Origin: Nemertoderma westbladi | Taxonomy: Eukaryota > Animalia > Xenacoelomorpha | DNA: 53,405 bases | Assembly: GCA_032718475.1 (NCBI GenBank) | Contig: JAUCBJ010001362.1 | Location: 1-53,405, forward strand | Direction: 5' to 3' | In this document: piece by piece, positions 24,925-37,700 of the stretch | Layout of the letters: every line of letters starts with the position of its first letter | Numbering within the stretch: the first letter of the stretch is position 1 | The notes under the pieces: model-generated | Database searches by the model: none | Seen by the model: the letters and a program-made list of their open reading frames with translations, nothing else | What the model was told of the DNA's origin: nothing | Translations under genes and position numbers: made by a program

Positions 24925-27900
24925 CTTCCACCACCCTCCATCCCCCTTCCACCCCCTGCCCTTCCATTCCCTACTTCGACATCTCACCCAACCCCTTCCA
25001 CCACCCTTCATTCCCCTTCCACCCCCTGCCCCTCCATTCCCTACTTCGACATCTCACCCAACCCCTTCAACCACCCTACATCCCCCTTCACCCCCCTGCC
25101 CCTCCATTCTCTACTTCGACATCTCACCCAACCCCTTCCACCACCCTTCATCCCCCTTCCACCCCTGCCCCTCCATTCCCTACTTCGACATCTCACCCAA
25201 CCCCTTCAACCACCCTACATCCCCCTTCCACCCCCTGCGCCCCTCCATTCTCTACTTCGACATCTCACCCAACCCCTTCCACCACCCTTCATCCCCCTTC
25301 CACCCCCTGCGCCCCTCCATTCTCTACTTCGACATCTCACCCAACCCCTTCCACCACCCTCCATCCCCCTTCCACCCCCTGCGCCCCTCCATTCTCTACT
25401 TCGACATCTCACCCAACCCCTTCCACCACCCTCCACCCCCCTTCCACCCCCTGCGCCCCTCCATTCTCTACTTCGACATCTCACCCAACCCCTTCCACCA
25501 CCCTCCATCCCCCTTCCACCCCCTGCGCCCCTCCATTCTCTACTTCGACATCTCACCCAACCCCTTCTACCACCCTCCATCCCCCTTCCACCCCCTGCGC
25601 CCCTCCATTCTCTACTTCGACATCTCACCCAACCCCTTCCACCACCCTCCATCCCCCTTCCACCCTGCGCCCCTCCATTCTCTACTTCGACATCTCACCC
25701 AACCCCTTCCACCACCCTCCATCCCCCTTCCACCCCCTGCGCCCCTCCATTCTCTACTTCGACATCTCACCCAACCCATTCCACCACCCTCCATCCCCCT
25801 TCCACCCCCTGTCCCTCCATTCTCTACTTCGACATCTCACCCAACCCCTTCCACCACCCTCCATCCCCCTTCCACCCCCTGCGCCCCTCCATTCTCTACT
25901 TCGACATCTCACCCAACCCCTTCCACCACCCTCCATCCCCCTTCCACCCCCTGCGCCCCTCCATTCTCTACTTCGACATCTCACCCAACCCCTTCCACCA
26001 CCCTCCATCCCCCTTCCACCCCCTGCGCCCCTCCATTCTCTACTTCGACATCTCACCCAGCCCCTTCCACCACCCTCCATCCCCCTTCCCCCCCTGCCCA
26101 TCCATTCCCTACTTCGACATCTCACCCAACCCCTTCAACCACCCTACATCCCCCTTCCACCCCCTGCGCCCCTCCATTCTCTACTTCGACATCTCACCCA
26201 ACCCCTTCCACCACCCTCCATCCCCCTTCCACCCCCCTGCCCCTCCATTCCCTACTTCGACATCTCACCCAACCCCTTCCACCACCCTTCATCCCCCTTC
26301 CACCCCCTGCCCCTCCATTCCCTACTTCGACATCTCACCCAACCCCTTCAACCACCCTCCATCCCCCTTCCACCCCCTGCGCCCCTCCATTCTCTGCTTC
26401 GACATCTCACCCAACCCCTTCAACCACCCTCCATCCCCCTTCCACCCCCTGCGCCCCTCCATTCTCTACTTCGACATCTCACCCAACCCCTTCCACCACC
26501 CTCCATCCCCCTTCCACCCCCCTGCGCCCCTCCATTCTCTACTTCGACATCTCACCCAACCCCTTCAACCACCCTCCATCCCCCTTCCACCCCCTGCGCC
26601 CCTCCATTCTCTACTTCGACATCTCACCCAACCCCTTCCACCACCCTCCATCCCCCTTCCACCCCCCTGCGCCCCTCCATTCTCTACTTCGACATCTCAC
26701 CAAACCCCTTCAACCACCCTCCATCCCCCTTCCACCCCCTGCGCCCCTCCATACTCTACTTCGACATCTCACCCAACCCCTTCCACCACCCTCCATCCCC
26801 CTTCCACCCCCTGCGCCCCTCCATTCTCTACTTCGACATCTCACCCAACCCCTTCCACCACCCTCCATCCCCCTTCCACCCCCTGCGCCCCTCCATTCTC
26901 TACTTCGACATCTCACCCAACCCCTTCCACCACCCTCCATCCCCCTTCCACCCCCTGCGCCCCTCCATTCTCTACTTCGACATCTCACCCAACCCCTTCC
27001 ACCACCCTCCATCCCCCTTCCACCCCCTGCGCCCCTCCATTCTCTACTTCGACATCTCACCCAACCCCTTCCACCACCCTCCATCCCCCTTCCCCCCCTG
27101 CCCATCCATTCCCTACTTCGACATCTCACCCAACCCCTTCAACCACCCTACATCCCCCTTCCACCCCCTGCGCCCCTCCATTCTCTACTTCGACATCTCA
27201 CCCAACCCCTTCCACCACCCTCCATCCCCCTTCCACCCCCCTGCCCCTCCATTCCCTACTTCGACATCTCACCCAACCCCTTCCACCACCCTTCATCCCC
27301 CTTCCACCCCCTGCCCCTCCATTCCCTACTTCGACATCTCACCCAACCCCTTCAACCACCCTCCATCCCCCTTCCACCCCCTGCACCCCTCCATTCTCTG
27401 CTTCGACATCTCACCCAACCCCTTCAACCACCCTCCATCCCCCTTCCACCCCCTGCGCCCCTCCATTCTCTACTTCGACATCTCACCCAACCCCTTCCAC
27501 CACCCTCCATCCCCCTTCCACCCCCCTGCGCCCCTCCATTCTCTACTTCGACATCTCACCCAACCCCTTCAACCACCCTCCATCCCCCTTCCACCCCCTG
27601 CGCCCCTCCATTCTCTACTTCGACATCTCACCCAACCCCTTCCACCACCCTCCATCCCCCTTCCACCCCCCTGCGCCCCTCCATTCTCTACTTCGACATC
27701 TCACCAAACCCCTTCAACCACCCTCCATCCCCCTTCCACCCCCTGCGCCCCTCCATACTCTACTTCGACATCTCACCCAACCCCTTCCACCACCCTCCAT
27801 CCCCCTTCCACCCCCTGCGCCCCTCCATTCTCTACTTCGACATCTCACCCAACCCCTTCCACCACCCTCCATCCCCCTTCCACCCCCCTGCGCCCCTCCA

Positions 27901-28311
27901 TTCTCTACTTCGACATCTCACCCAACCCCTTCAACCACCCTCCATCCCCCTTCCACCCCCTGCGCCCCTCCATTCTCTACTTCGACATCTCACCCAACCC
28001 CTTCCACCACCCTCCATCCCCCTTCCACCCCCCTGCGCCCCTCCATTCTCTACTTCGACATCTCACCCAACCCCTTCCACCACCCTCCATCCCCCTTCCA
28101 CCCCCCTGCGCCCCTCCATTCTCTACTTCGACATCTCACCCAACCCCTTCCACCACCCTCCATCCCCCTTCCACCCCCCTGCGCCCCTCCATTCTCTACT
28201 TCGACATCTCACCCAACCCCTTCCACCACCCTCCATCCCCCTTCCACCCCCCTGCGCCCCTCCATTCTCTACTTCGACATCTCACCCAACCCCTTCAACC
28301 ACCCTCCATCC
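24925..28311. repeat. C-rich satellite, 72-bp unit with 70- and 73-bp variants, block 1
   Basis: Unit CCACCACCCTCCATCCCCCTTCCACCCCCTGCGCCCCTCCATTCTCTACTTCGACATCTCACCCAACCCCTT; 1004-bp higher-order period visible from rare variants. Confidence 0.98.
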
Positions 28312-29105
28312 TGTTCCCGACTATAGTCAGTATTTCATCGTACAGTATGGCCAAAAATTCTTATCACCTGTTATTGCCGTAGAAATTCCATTTTATTGAG
28401 AGAGAATGTCATGACGTCATAACATGACGTCACAAAAGTAAAAGTATAGTGTATCTTGCATGAAGGCATGCTCGCCTCATGTTCACGAGAGAATTATCAT
28501 ATCCTATAATGAGTGAGTGAATATTAGAACCATTTAAAGTGAAAGGACACATTGAGTGAGAGGCAACAATGGAAGTGTAAGGCATCCTCTGGGATTTACC
28601 CTCACCTGTGTATATTGGTGTATAACGTATTATATTTTGGCCCCATTTTCTATGGCCTATTGTTTAGTAAACCAATCCCAGATGGCTTTCCTTCCATTCA
28701 TATATGACAAGAGCAGGATGACATTAGATTCATTCTGTCGATATAACTTTGTAGAAACGTTACATAGTTTTCACCGTTCGTTCGTACGTTCGTTCTTTCG
28801 TTCGTTCGTTTATTGTTTGATTCGACTTGTTTCACGAACTGAACTTTTTGGACTCTATTCAGTGACCTATTGGTCACTGAACTTAACTATTATTGTTCTA
28901 ATTGAATTGAACGTACAGTGCATTTGTACTGTACGTGTTATAAATCATTTGTTTGAAGGAAGGAAGCGTCATCATGTGATTGTGCACTGGTGCCGTTTAT
29001 ACATATTGAATATTAAAGTAACTAGGACTTGAACTGAGTTTTCTTGACGAACGAAACGGACGCGTAGAAACGACGTTCTTAGAGGGAAAGAATATCGACG
29101 GAACA
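28312..29105 (+). mobile_element. Solo LTR (794 bp) of the BEL/Pao element
   Basis: TGTTCC...GGAACA ends, CATCC on both sides (28307-28311, 29106-29110), about 99% identical to the LTRs of 30975-41609. Confidence 0.97.
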
Positions 29106-30974
29106 CATCCCCCTTCCACCCCCTGCGCCCCTCCATTCTCTACTTCGACATCTCACCCAACCCCTTCCACCACCCTCCATCCCCCTTCCACCCCCCTGCG
29201 CCCCTCCATTCTCTACTTCGACATCTCACCCAACCCCTTCAACCACCCTCCATCCCCCTTCCACCCCCTGCGCCCCTCCATACTCTACTTCGACATCTCA
29301 CCCAACCCCTTCCACCACCCTCCATCCCCCTTCCACCCCCTGCGCCCCTCCATTCCCTACTTCGACATCTCACCCAACCCCTTCAACCACCCTCCATCCC
29401 CCTTCCACCCCCTGCGCCCCTCCATTCTCTACTTCGACATCTCACCCAACCCCTTCAACCACCCTCCACCCCCCTTCCACCCCCTGCGCCCCTCCATTCT
29501 CTACTTCGACATCTCACCCAACCCCTTCCACCACCCTCCATCCCCCTTCCACCCCCTGCCCCTCCATTCTCTACTTCGACATCTCACCCAACCCCTTCCA
29601 CCACCCTTCATCCCCCTTCCACCCCCTGCCCCTCCATTCTCTACTTCGACATCTCACCCAACCCCTTCCACCACCCTCCATCCCCCTTCCACCCCCCTGC
29701 GCCCCTCCATTCTCTACTTCGACATCTCATCCAACCCCTTCCACCACCCTCCATCCCCCTTCCACCCCCTGCCCCTCCATTCTCTACTTCGACATCTCAC
29801 CCAACCCCTTCCACCACCCTTCATCCCCCTTCCACCCCCTGCCCCTCCATTCTCTACTTCGACATCTCACCCAACCCCTTCCACCACCCTCCATCCCCCT
29901 TCCACCCCCCTGCGCCCCTCCATTCTCTACTTCGACATCTCACCCAACCCCTTCCACCACCCTCCATCCCCCTTCCTCCCCTGCCCATCCATTCCCTACT
30001 TCGACATCTCACCCAACCCCTTCAACCACCCTACATCCCCCTTCCACCCCCTGCGCCCCTCCATTCTCTACTTCGACATCTCACCCAACCCCTTCCACCA
30101 CCCTCCATCCCCCTTCCACCCCCTGCCCCTCCATTCCCTACTTCGACATCTCACCCAACCCCTTCCACCACCCTTCATCCCCCTTCCACCCCCTGCCCCT
30201 CCATTCCCTACTTCGACATCTCACCCAACCCCTTCAACCACCCTCCATCCCCCTTCCACCCCCTGCGCCCCTCCATTCTCTACTTCGACATCTCACCCAA
30301 CCCCTTCAACCACCCTCCATCCCCCTTCCACCCCCTGCGCCCCTCCATTCTCTACTTCGACATCTCACCCAACCCCTTCCACCACCCTCCATCCCCCTTC
30401 CACCCCCCTGCGCCCCTCCATTCTCTACTTCGACATCTCACCCAACCCCTTCAACCACCCTCCATCCCCCTTCCACCCCCTGCGCCCCTCCATTCTCTAC
30501 TTCGACATCTCACCCAACCCCTTCCACCACCCTCCATCCCCCTTCCACCCCCCTGCGCCCCTCCATTCTCTACTTCGACATCTCACCAAACCCCTTCAAC
30601 CACCCTCCATCCCCCTTCCACCCCCTGCGCCCCTCCATACTCTACTTCGACATCTCACCCAACCCCTTCCACCACCCTCCATCCCCCTTCCACCCCCTGC
30701 GCCCCTCCATTCTCTACTTCGACATCTCACCCAACCCCTTCCACCACCCTCCATCCCCCTTCCACCCCCCTGCGCCCCTCCATTCTCTACTTCGACATCT
30801 CACCCAACCCCTTCAACCACCCTCCATCCCCCTTCCACCCCCTGCGCCCCTCCATTCTCTACTTCGACATCTCACCCAACCCCTTCCACCACCCTCCATC
30901 CCCCTTCCACCCCCCTGCGCCCCTCCATTCTCTACTTCGACATCTCACCCAACCCCTTCAACCACCCTCCATCC
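29106..30974. repeat. 72-bp satellite, block 2
   Basis: Same unit, between the solo LTR and the 5' LTR. Confidence 0.98.
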
Positions 30975-31725
30975 TGTTCCCGACTATAGTCAGTATTTCA
31001 TCGTACAGTATGGCCCAAAATTCTTATCACCTGTTATTGCCGTAGAAATTCCATTTTATTGATAGAGAATGTCATGACGTCATAACATGACGTCACAAAA
31101 GTAAAAGTATAGTGTATCTTGCATGAAGGCTTGCTCGCCTCATGTTCACGAGAGAATTATCATATCCTATAATGAGTGAGTGAATATTAGAACCATTTAA
31201 AGTGAAAGGACACATTGACTGAGAGGCAACAATGGAAGTGTAAGGCATCCTCTGGGATTTACCCTCACCTGTGTATATTGGTGTATAACGTATTATATTT
31301 TGGCCCCATTTTCTATGGCCTATTGTTTGGTAAACCAATCCCAGATGGCTTTCCTTCCATTCATATATGACAAGAGCAGGATGACATTAGATTCATTCTG
31401 TCGATATAACTTTGTAGAAACGTTACATAGTTTTCACCGTTCGTTCGTACGTTCGTTCTTTCGTTCGTTCGTTTATTGTTTGATTCGACTTGTTTCACGA
31501 ACTTAACTATTATTGTTCTAATTGAACTGAACGTACAGTGCATTTGTACTGTACGTGTTATAAATCATTTGTTTGAAGGAAGGAAGCGTCATCATGTGAT
31601 TGTGCACTGGTGCCGTTTATACATATTGAATATTAAAGTAACTAGGACTTGAACTGAGTTTTCTTGACGAACGAAACGGACGCGTAGAAACGACGTTCTT
31701 AGAGGGAAAGAATATCGACGGAACA
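30975..31725 (+). repeat. 5' LTR (751 bp, with a 43-bp internal deletion)
   Basis: TGTTCC...GGAACA. Lacks GAACTTTTTGG...GGTCACTGAACT, which is present in the other two LTRs. Confidence 0.97.
31075..31095. promoter_or_regulatory. Two perfect CRE palindromes (TGACGTCA) in LTR U3
   Basis: ATGACGTCATAACATGACGTCAC, present in all three LTR copies. Confidence 0.5.
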
Positions 31726-31727
31726 AA

Positions 31728-31738
31728 GTGAAAACTAT
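31728..31738 (+). promoter_or_regulatory. Non-tRNA primer-binding site GTGAAAACTAT, complementary to LTR 31427-31437
   Basis: Begins 2 nt after the LTR terminal CA, has no TGG, and is the exact reverse complement of ATAGTTTTCAC in the LTR. Confidence 0.7.
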
Positions 31739-31789
31739 CTCGTTGAAAACGACAACCGAATTAACGAATTAGAATAGATTTGATCTTCA

Positions 31790-34700
31790 ATGGCTAGCGC
31801 CAACCGAACGCCATCAACGAACCATCCATCAGTGGAAACGAGCTCAGACCTCATTGACATGAGGGATGAGCCCAGACGAGTATCAGTCGTGGATGGTAGG
31901 ATCGAGTCGGGCCGAGAACTCGCCCGAACCCCGAGAACGAACCCAACACAAGCGGAGGGCGCCTGGCAACCAACAACGAGCCCAGGCGGTGTGGCACGCT
32001 CAATTCCTGGGGCTGCTAGAGCAAGCATCGGCGCTCGCTTACGCACTAGCAGCTTGGTGGGAACTGGGCAGGGGCCACCCACTCAACCACAACGAGCTGT
32101 CCTCCCAACTCACGAACATGAACCAGCCAATATTCGACACGAACCTGAAAGAACCTCGACACAGACAACACGACCCAAAGACCCCCAGATCCAACGATCA
32201 TCACGATCACAACGAAGTGCTGTTCTGATTGACCCCCAACAACCAGAGATCCTTAAACGACGATCTCAACGAGCAGAACTGACTCTTGTTTGGAACTGTT
32301 GAGAACCCAACTGGTGAACTGCCGGTGGAACCGGAGCTAAGTATACTTTTAAATAAAATAACGGTCTACATAGATCATTTACGTGCGTGCGGAGAGGAAC
32401 AAAGGGCTGTTGAGATTGAAGACCGGGTCAAAGCCCAGTGTCAATCTCGAGAGACCCGTTTCAATCCAAACGTTAGGAGGGAACCCAGAGGAACCCAGAG
32501 TGAAGATCTGAGGGAGGGAGACCCGACCCCAAGCATTATCACCGAGGTGCCACGCGTTGATCCAGAGGATTCTGTGTCCCAGGTGACACCAGACTCCATC
32601 TGGGAGAACGTCCCTAGGCAGAATGATCGTGTTTCAGGGGTCGGATCTACACTCATCCACGATCAATCGAATGAGAACGAATGCAGGGAATGAACAAGCA
32701 AGAATGGAGCTAGCGGATGGCATGAGAGAACAAGAGCGTGAGTTAGAGAGAGAAAATAAAAGGAGAGTAAGTGAACGTGAACTGGAAAGAATAGAAAAAG
32801 AGGAACGTGAGGAACGTGAGAAAAGGGAATGTGACAAAAGGGAACGAGAGAGAAGGGAACGAGTACAAAAGATAGCAGATGAGATGGAACGGGATAAAAG
32901 GGAAGGTGAGATTGAAAGGGAACGGGCAAGGGCCAAGAGGGAAATGGTTCGGCTAAATGCAGAACAGTGCATATTACGTATGGAAGAGGAGCCATCTCAA
33001 CTTGGAATTTCCCAGAGGGGAAATAAAACCAAGTGTGATTCAATGAATATACTAACTACTGTAGAACCCAATAACCTAACTACTGTAGAACCCAATAACC
33101 GAGAAATTGAAAGTAACCTTCTAGCCATAGAAACACCCCGTTATCCATCACCCGTACGTAGAATATCAGCGCGTACAGTAAAGAAACCTGTTATTACATC
33201 AAAACCCGAATATTGTATTAGTAGCAGAACACCAGCAATGACAGGGGGCTTTAATAGCACGTTAGGCAACTCTGCTTCAAAGGGCCCCAGAGGGGCTAAG
33301 AACCAAACATATAATTTGGAAAGCCCAACAAATACTGTAAATGCTGCAGTTACCAGCTGTATACATAGAACAGGGCACCATATTGAAACCCCTGTGTCAA
33401 TCATCCAGTACACTGGTGACGAAATGTCAGAACAAGCAGGCATGAATCATAACATTCAGACTGAGGTACCGGTATCGGATTGCAGCAGTAGGCCTAATAG
33501 ACGGCTGCATTCGACCGGTCTACCGGTAACACATTCTGCGCCAGTTTGCGGTACACCAGATTACAGCTGCAGTGATCAGCTACACGCGACTGGTCCGCCG
33601 CTATCCAATTCTATAGGCCTACCTGTATGCAGTACTCCAGACTGCACAGCATGCAGTAGGCAGAATCCCGATTATTATTATTTACCGGTATCTAGCCAGA
33701 ACCATAGGCCTAATGCTAATAGTAATACTCAAATACCGGTATCTGAAAGTTTAGATAGGCATAATCTTAATGTACCGGTATCTTATGATTATAGGCCAAG
33801 TTATGTAGGCTTACCTAACAGCCTGATGCATACCGGTACTGTTAATCATACATGTAGCCCTGCTGATGTAGGTCAAAATCAACATCAGTCTATAGACCAC
33901 CCTATACCTGTATACCATCCGAATTAAATCAAAATATCGGTATCCAATATGAACCAAGGTATGGCTATGGAACACCATTGAGCAGTAGGCCTACCGGTAA
34001 CCCAAGCCATTTAAACCCCAGAGCCGAGGAATTTCTACCCGTCCCCATAGGCGAAGTAGGAATGCCAGATGGCCAATATAAATACAAAACCCGTAGCGAA
34101 GTGAGTGAAACCCCACAGCAACGGGCAGTAACCTTTTCAAATCAAATAAATAATGGACCCGGATTATCAAAAATACCGAGTCTAGCGTACCCATCTATAG
34201 GAGCGCAAAGACAACAGAATAAAAATAATACCGCTGGCTACAATTACACAGGAGAAGCAGCCCCACATGGACCCCCTTATGTACAAGCAGGAAGGGTCCC
34301 TCAATGTTATCAGAGCGGAGGAGAGAGTGAGTTAAGTCATATGGCGGCAATAACAGACGCCATAAAAGCCAAGCTAGAACTGCCACAGGCTAAACCGTTT
34401 ACCTTCAGTGGAGAATACCCGGAAGAATATATTCAGTTTCGACAGCTATATACCACTGAAATTCTACTGAAACATAACCTGTCAGAAGCACAGAAGATGA
34501 CCTACCTGATGGTTTACACAACTGGAAAAGCAAAGGAAGTTGTTAGACAATATGCAGGCCTAACAGATGGTTTGCGACTAGCATGGGAAGCCATTGAAAA
34601 GCGATATGGAAATCCTTCACGTATAATGCAGGCAACAATCAACAAATTGGTCACTAACAAACAAATCACCACGACTGCCGAGTTTAGGGACTTTACAGAA

Positions 34701-37700
34701 AGGGTAAACAAAGCCCTGGTTGCCTTGAAGGAACTCGATATGCCGCATGAGTTGAATGGCATCCATAACATGCGAAAAATAATTGAACTAATTCCCTATT
34801 GGGCGAGGAACGCATGGAGAAAGGAAGCAGCACGGACTCGCAGCCAACTGAACCGCGAACCAACCATGAACCAACTGGCGAAATTCCTTTCAGATCAAAC
34901 CGAGATACAAGATGACCCTGTATTCGCAGAGGGACTACTATCAGCTGGTATCGCTGAGCGCCGGGACCGATCACATTCACGGGATGACTCAACCCGACAA
35001 TCGAGAGCAGATTACCCGCGAAAAACAAATATGCTGGTACCAAAGAAATCATTTGAATCTAACAAAGGGATGATAAAACCTGAACGAGAGCAAGTCTACA
35101 CAACAACGTCGACTAGTCCGATGAAGAGCCTACAATCGGACAAACAAGTCCGTTTCTCCAGCTACTCCCCAAAGCCACATACCCCAGATAGAGGTTCCCA
35201 GGAGTTGGTATACACCCTTGCAACCTGTGATCCAAGCGCAAAGTGCTATCTACATCCAAATGCAAGGGACCATCAATTCGTGCAGTGTACCCAATGGATA
35301 AATGCTGCTGCGGATGAAAAATGGGACTATTTAAAGAAGAATGGACTGTGTAGGAGATGCTATGGGCGTGGCAACATTGGACGCGACTGTCCGCGCAACT
35401 CCAACACCAGGCGTGAACCCAGAACATATGAACGATCCAGATCATACTCACCCAGAGGAGCGAGCGGGCTGACACCCCTCACAAAGGAAACTAAAAATCT
35501 AAAACCCCATAGTAACCGAGGAGATACTGATACTACTACTGTTAACCAAAATAAAAATGAGAATCTAACATCTAAGACAGGGGGGGATCAGACCCAACAT
35601 CCTAACCCTGCCTGGATGGCAAGATACAAGGATCCCCAGGGATCTGAAGTGAGTGGAACCACTGTTAATAAGACCCAGGCAGTGACCCACATGGCGACAT
35701 GTATGTCCCTGTCAGGGATTAAAGTGTACCTCAAAATTGTACCAGTAAAAGTAATGTATAAAAATGAAAAACAAGTAACAACATATGCCTTCCTAGATGA
35801 TGGTGCGACTATAAGTCTAATAAGTCGTACCCTTGCTGATACTCTGGGAATGGAGGGAACCAGAACTAAGTTAGGCCTGGTCATAGTGGGCCACCAGACA
35901 ACATCAATGGGGGCCATGAGTACCAAGTGCTCCATAGGTGCTCTGGAAGGCCGAGGGACACTCATCATTCATGATGCTGAGGTAGAAGTAATACCAGACG
36001 TTGGAGTTAACTGTACCCAACCAGATGAGGTAGAAATTGAGAGATACCAACACTTAAAGGGAATTAACTTAACAAACTTGCACATTGACATACCCTATGT
36101 GACTGTACTGCTTGGGATGAACAATCCTGAGGCACATGAAGAACTGGAAGTTAGGAAAGGTATCAACCCCGGGAAGACACCATGGGGAAAGCTAACACCA
36201 TTTGGGTGGTGTGTGACTGGACCACTGGAAACAACAGACTATATACACAACAAAACGAAGCGAGGTCTGGTGAATCATGTGGAAATAACTAAAGACTTAG
36301 AGACATTACTGAATAGGGACTGTGAGGGCCTTCATGACAACACATTGGGAGACTCTCCAGAGGACCGTAGGGCCTTACAGACTCTTAAGGACTCAATACA
36401 ACTGATAGATGGACACTACGAGGTAGACATGTTGTGGAAGGACCCCAATGAACGGCTTGAAAACAACTACATAATGGCGAGAAATCGTCTGAGAAAGTTA
36501 AAAGAAAAACTGAGGAAACTACCAGCAGCAGAAGAAGCCATAAACAAGGCAATATGTAAGTATATAGAAAGGGGCTGGGCAATAGAACTTCCAGAGGACA
36601 TACAGGAAACTGACCGGACGTATTACTTACCGATACACACAGTGTGGGAACCAAGAAAGAACAAATACCGAGTAGTACATGATGCCGCAGCGAAGTACCA
36701 TGGAAAATCGCTAAATGATTACCTTGTTCGTGGACCCAATATATACAACACAGGACTAGACGTTCTTCTAAGATTCAGGAAGGGAATATTTGCTTTCACA
36801 TGCGATGTGGAAGCAATGTTCCACCAGGTACGAGTGAACCCAAAAGACAGCAACAGCTTACGGTTCCTTTGGTATGAAGGGGAGCTAGGCTCAAAGGAAC
36901 CCAAAATCTACAAAATGATTGTCCATATTTTTGGTGCTAATTCATCTCCATGTGCGACAACATACGCTTTGAGAGAGACTACAAATGGCGAGAATCCTGC
37001 AATCCAGAATCCATCAGCAGATACAGTGGAAATGATTCGAGAACATTTTTATGTTGATGACGGACATGAGACAGGAAACTCAGAGGAGGAGTTGGTCAGG
37101 ATTGCCAAGGAGGCTAAACTTTGTTTAGCGGGGGGAGGATTCAACCTGACCAAGTTTTTATCAAATTCCGAATATATTACCAACTGCATGACAGACGGGA
37201 CCCAACAGGAGCCACTGAACAAACTGACCACAGAACCAGAATACAAACCAATGATAGAAGCTGATGGAGACAGTGACGAAGTTCGAGCTTTAGGGATAGT
37301 CTGGAACCGAAGAACAGATGCATTTGAGTACCATATGGCGAAAATGAAAAGAGGGAAACATACTAAAAGGGAATATCTATCCTTTGTTGCCCGGATCTAT
37401 GACCCAATGGGTCTACTCTCAAGGATCACAGTTGTTGGTCGACAAATACTTAGGGAAGCCCATCTACTGAAAGTAGGTTGGAATGATGAACTTCCCGAAG
37501 GAATAAGGAAGAAATGGGACAAATGGATGGATAGTTTACAACTACTAGATAAGATCACGATAGATCGGGCCTACTTTCCCGACGGAAACATGGAAAACTT
37601 AGAGATACATATCTTCAGTGACGCCTCAGACAAAGGCTATGGAGCAGTAGCCTATGTGGTTCAAAGACAGAATAATAGAAGGAGGGCACGGGTTGCATAT

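Noticed and set aside
24869-28399. 1176-aa and 1163-aa Pro/His-rich ORFs (also 42481-44592) resembling extensin or mucin
   Set aside because: The satellite unit has no stop in any + frame. The 70- and 73-bp variants switch frames freely, and LTRs interrupt the array, so there is no sign of coding constraint.
28556-29032. Hydrophobic 158-aa ORF (and copies at 31300, 41141) as a possible env or accessory gene
   Set aside because: Lies wholly within the LTR, relies on non-ATG starts, and reflects T-rich R-region sequence.
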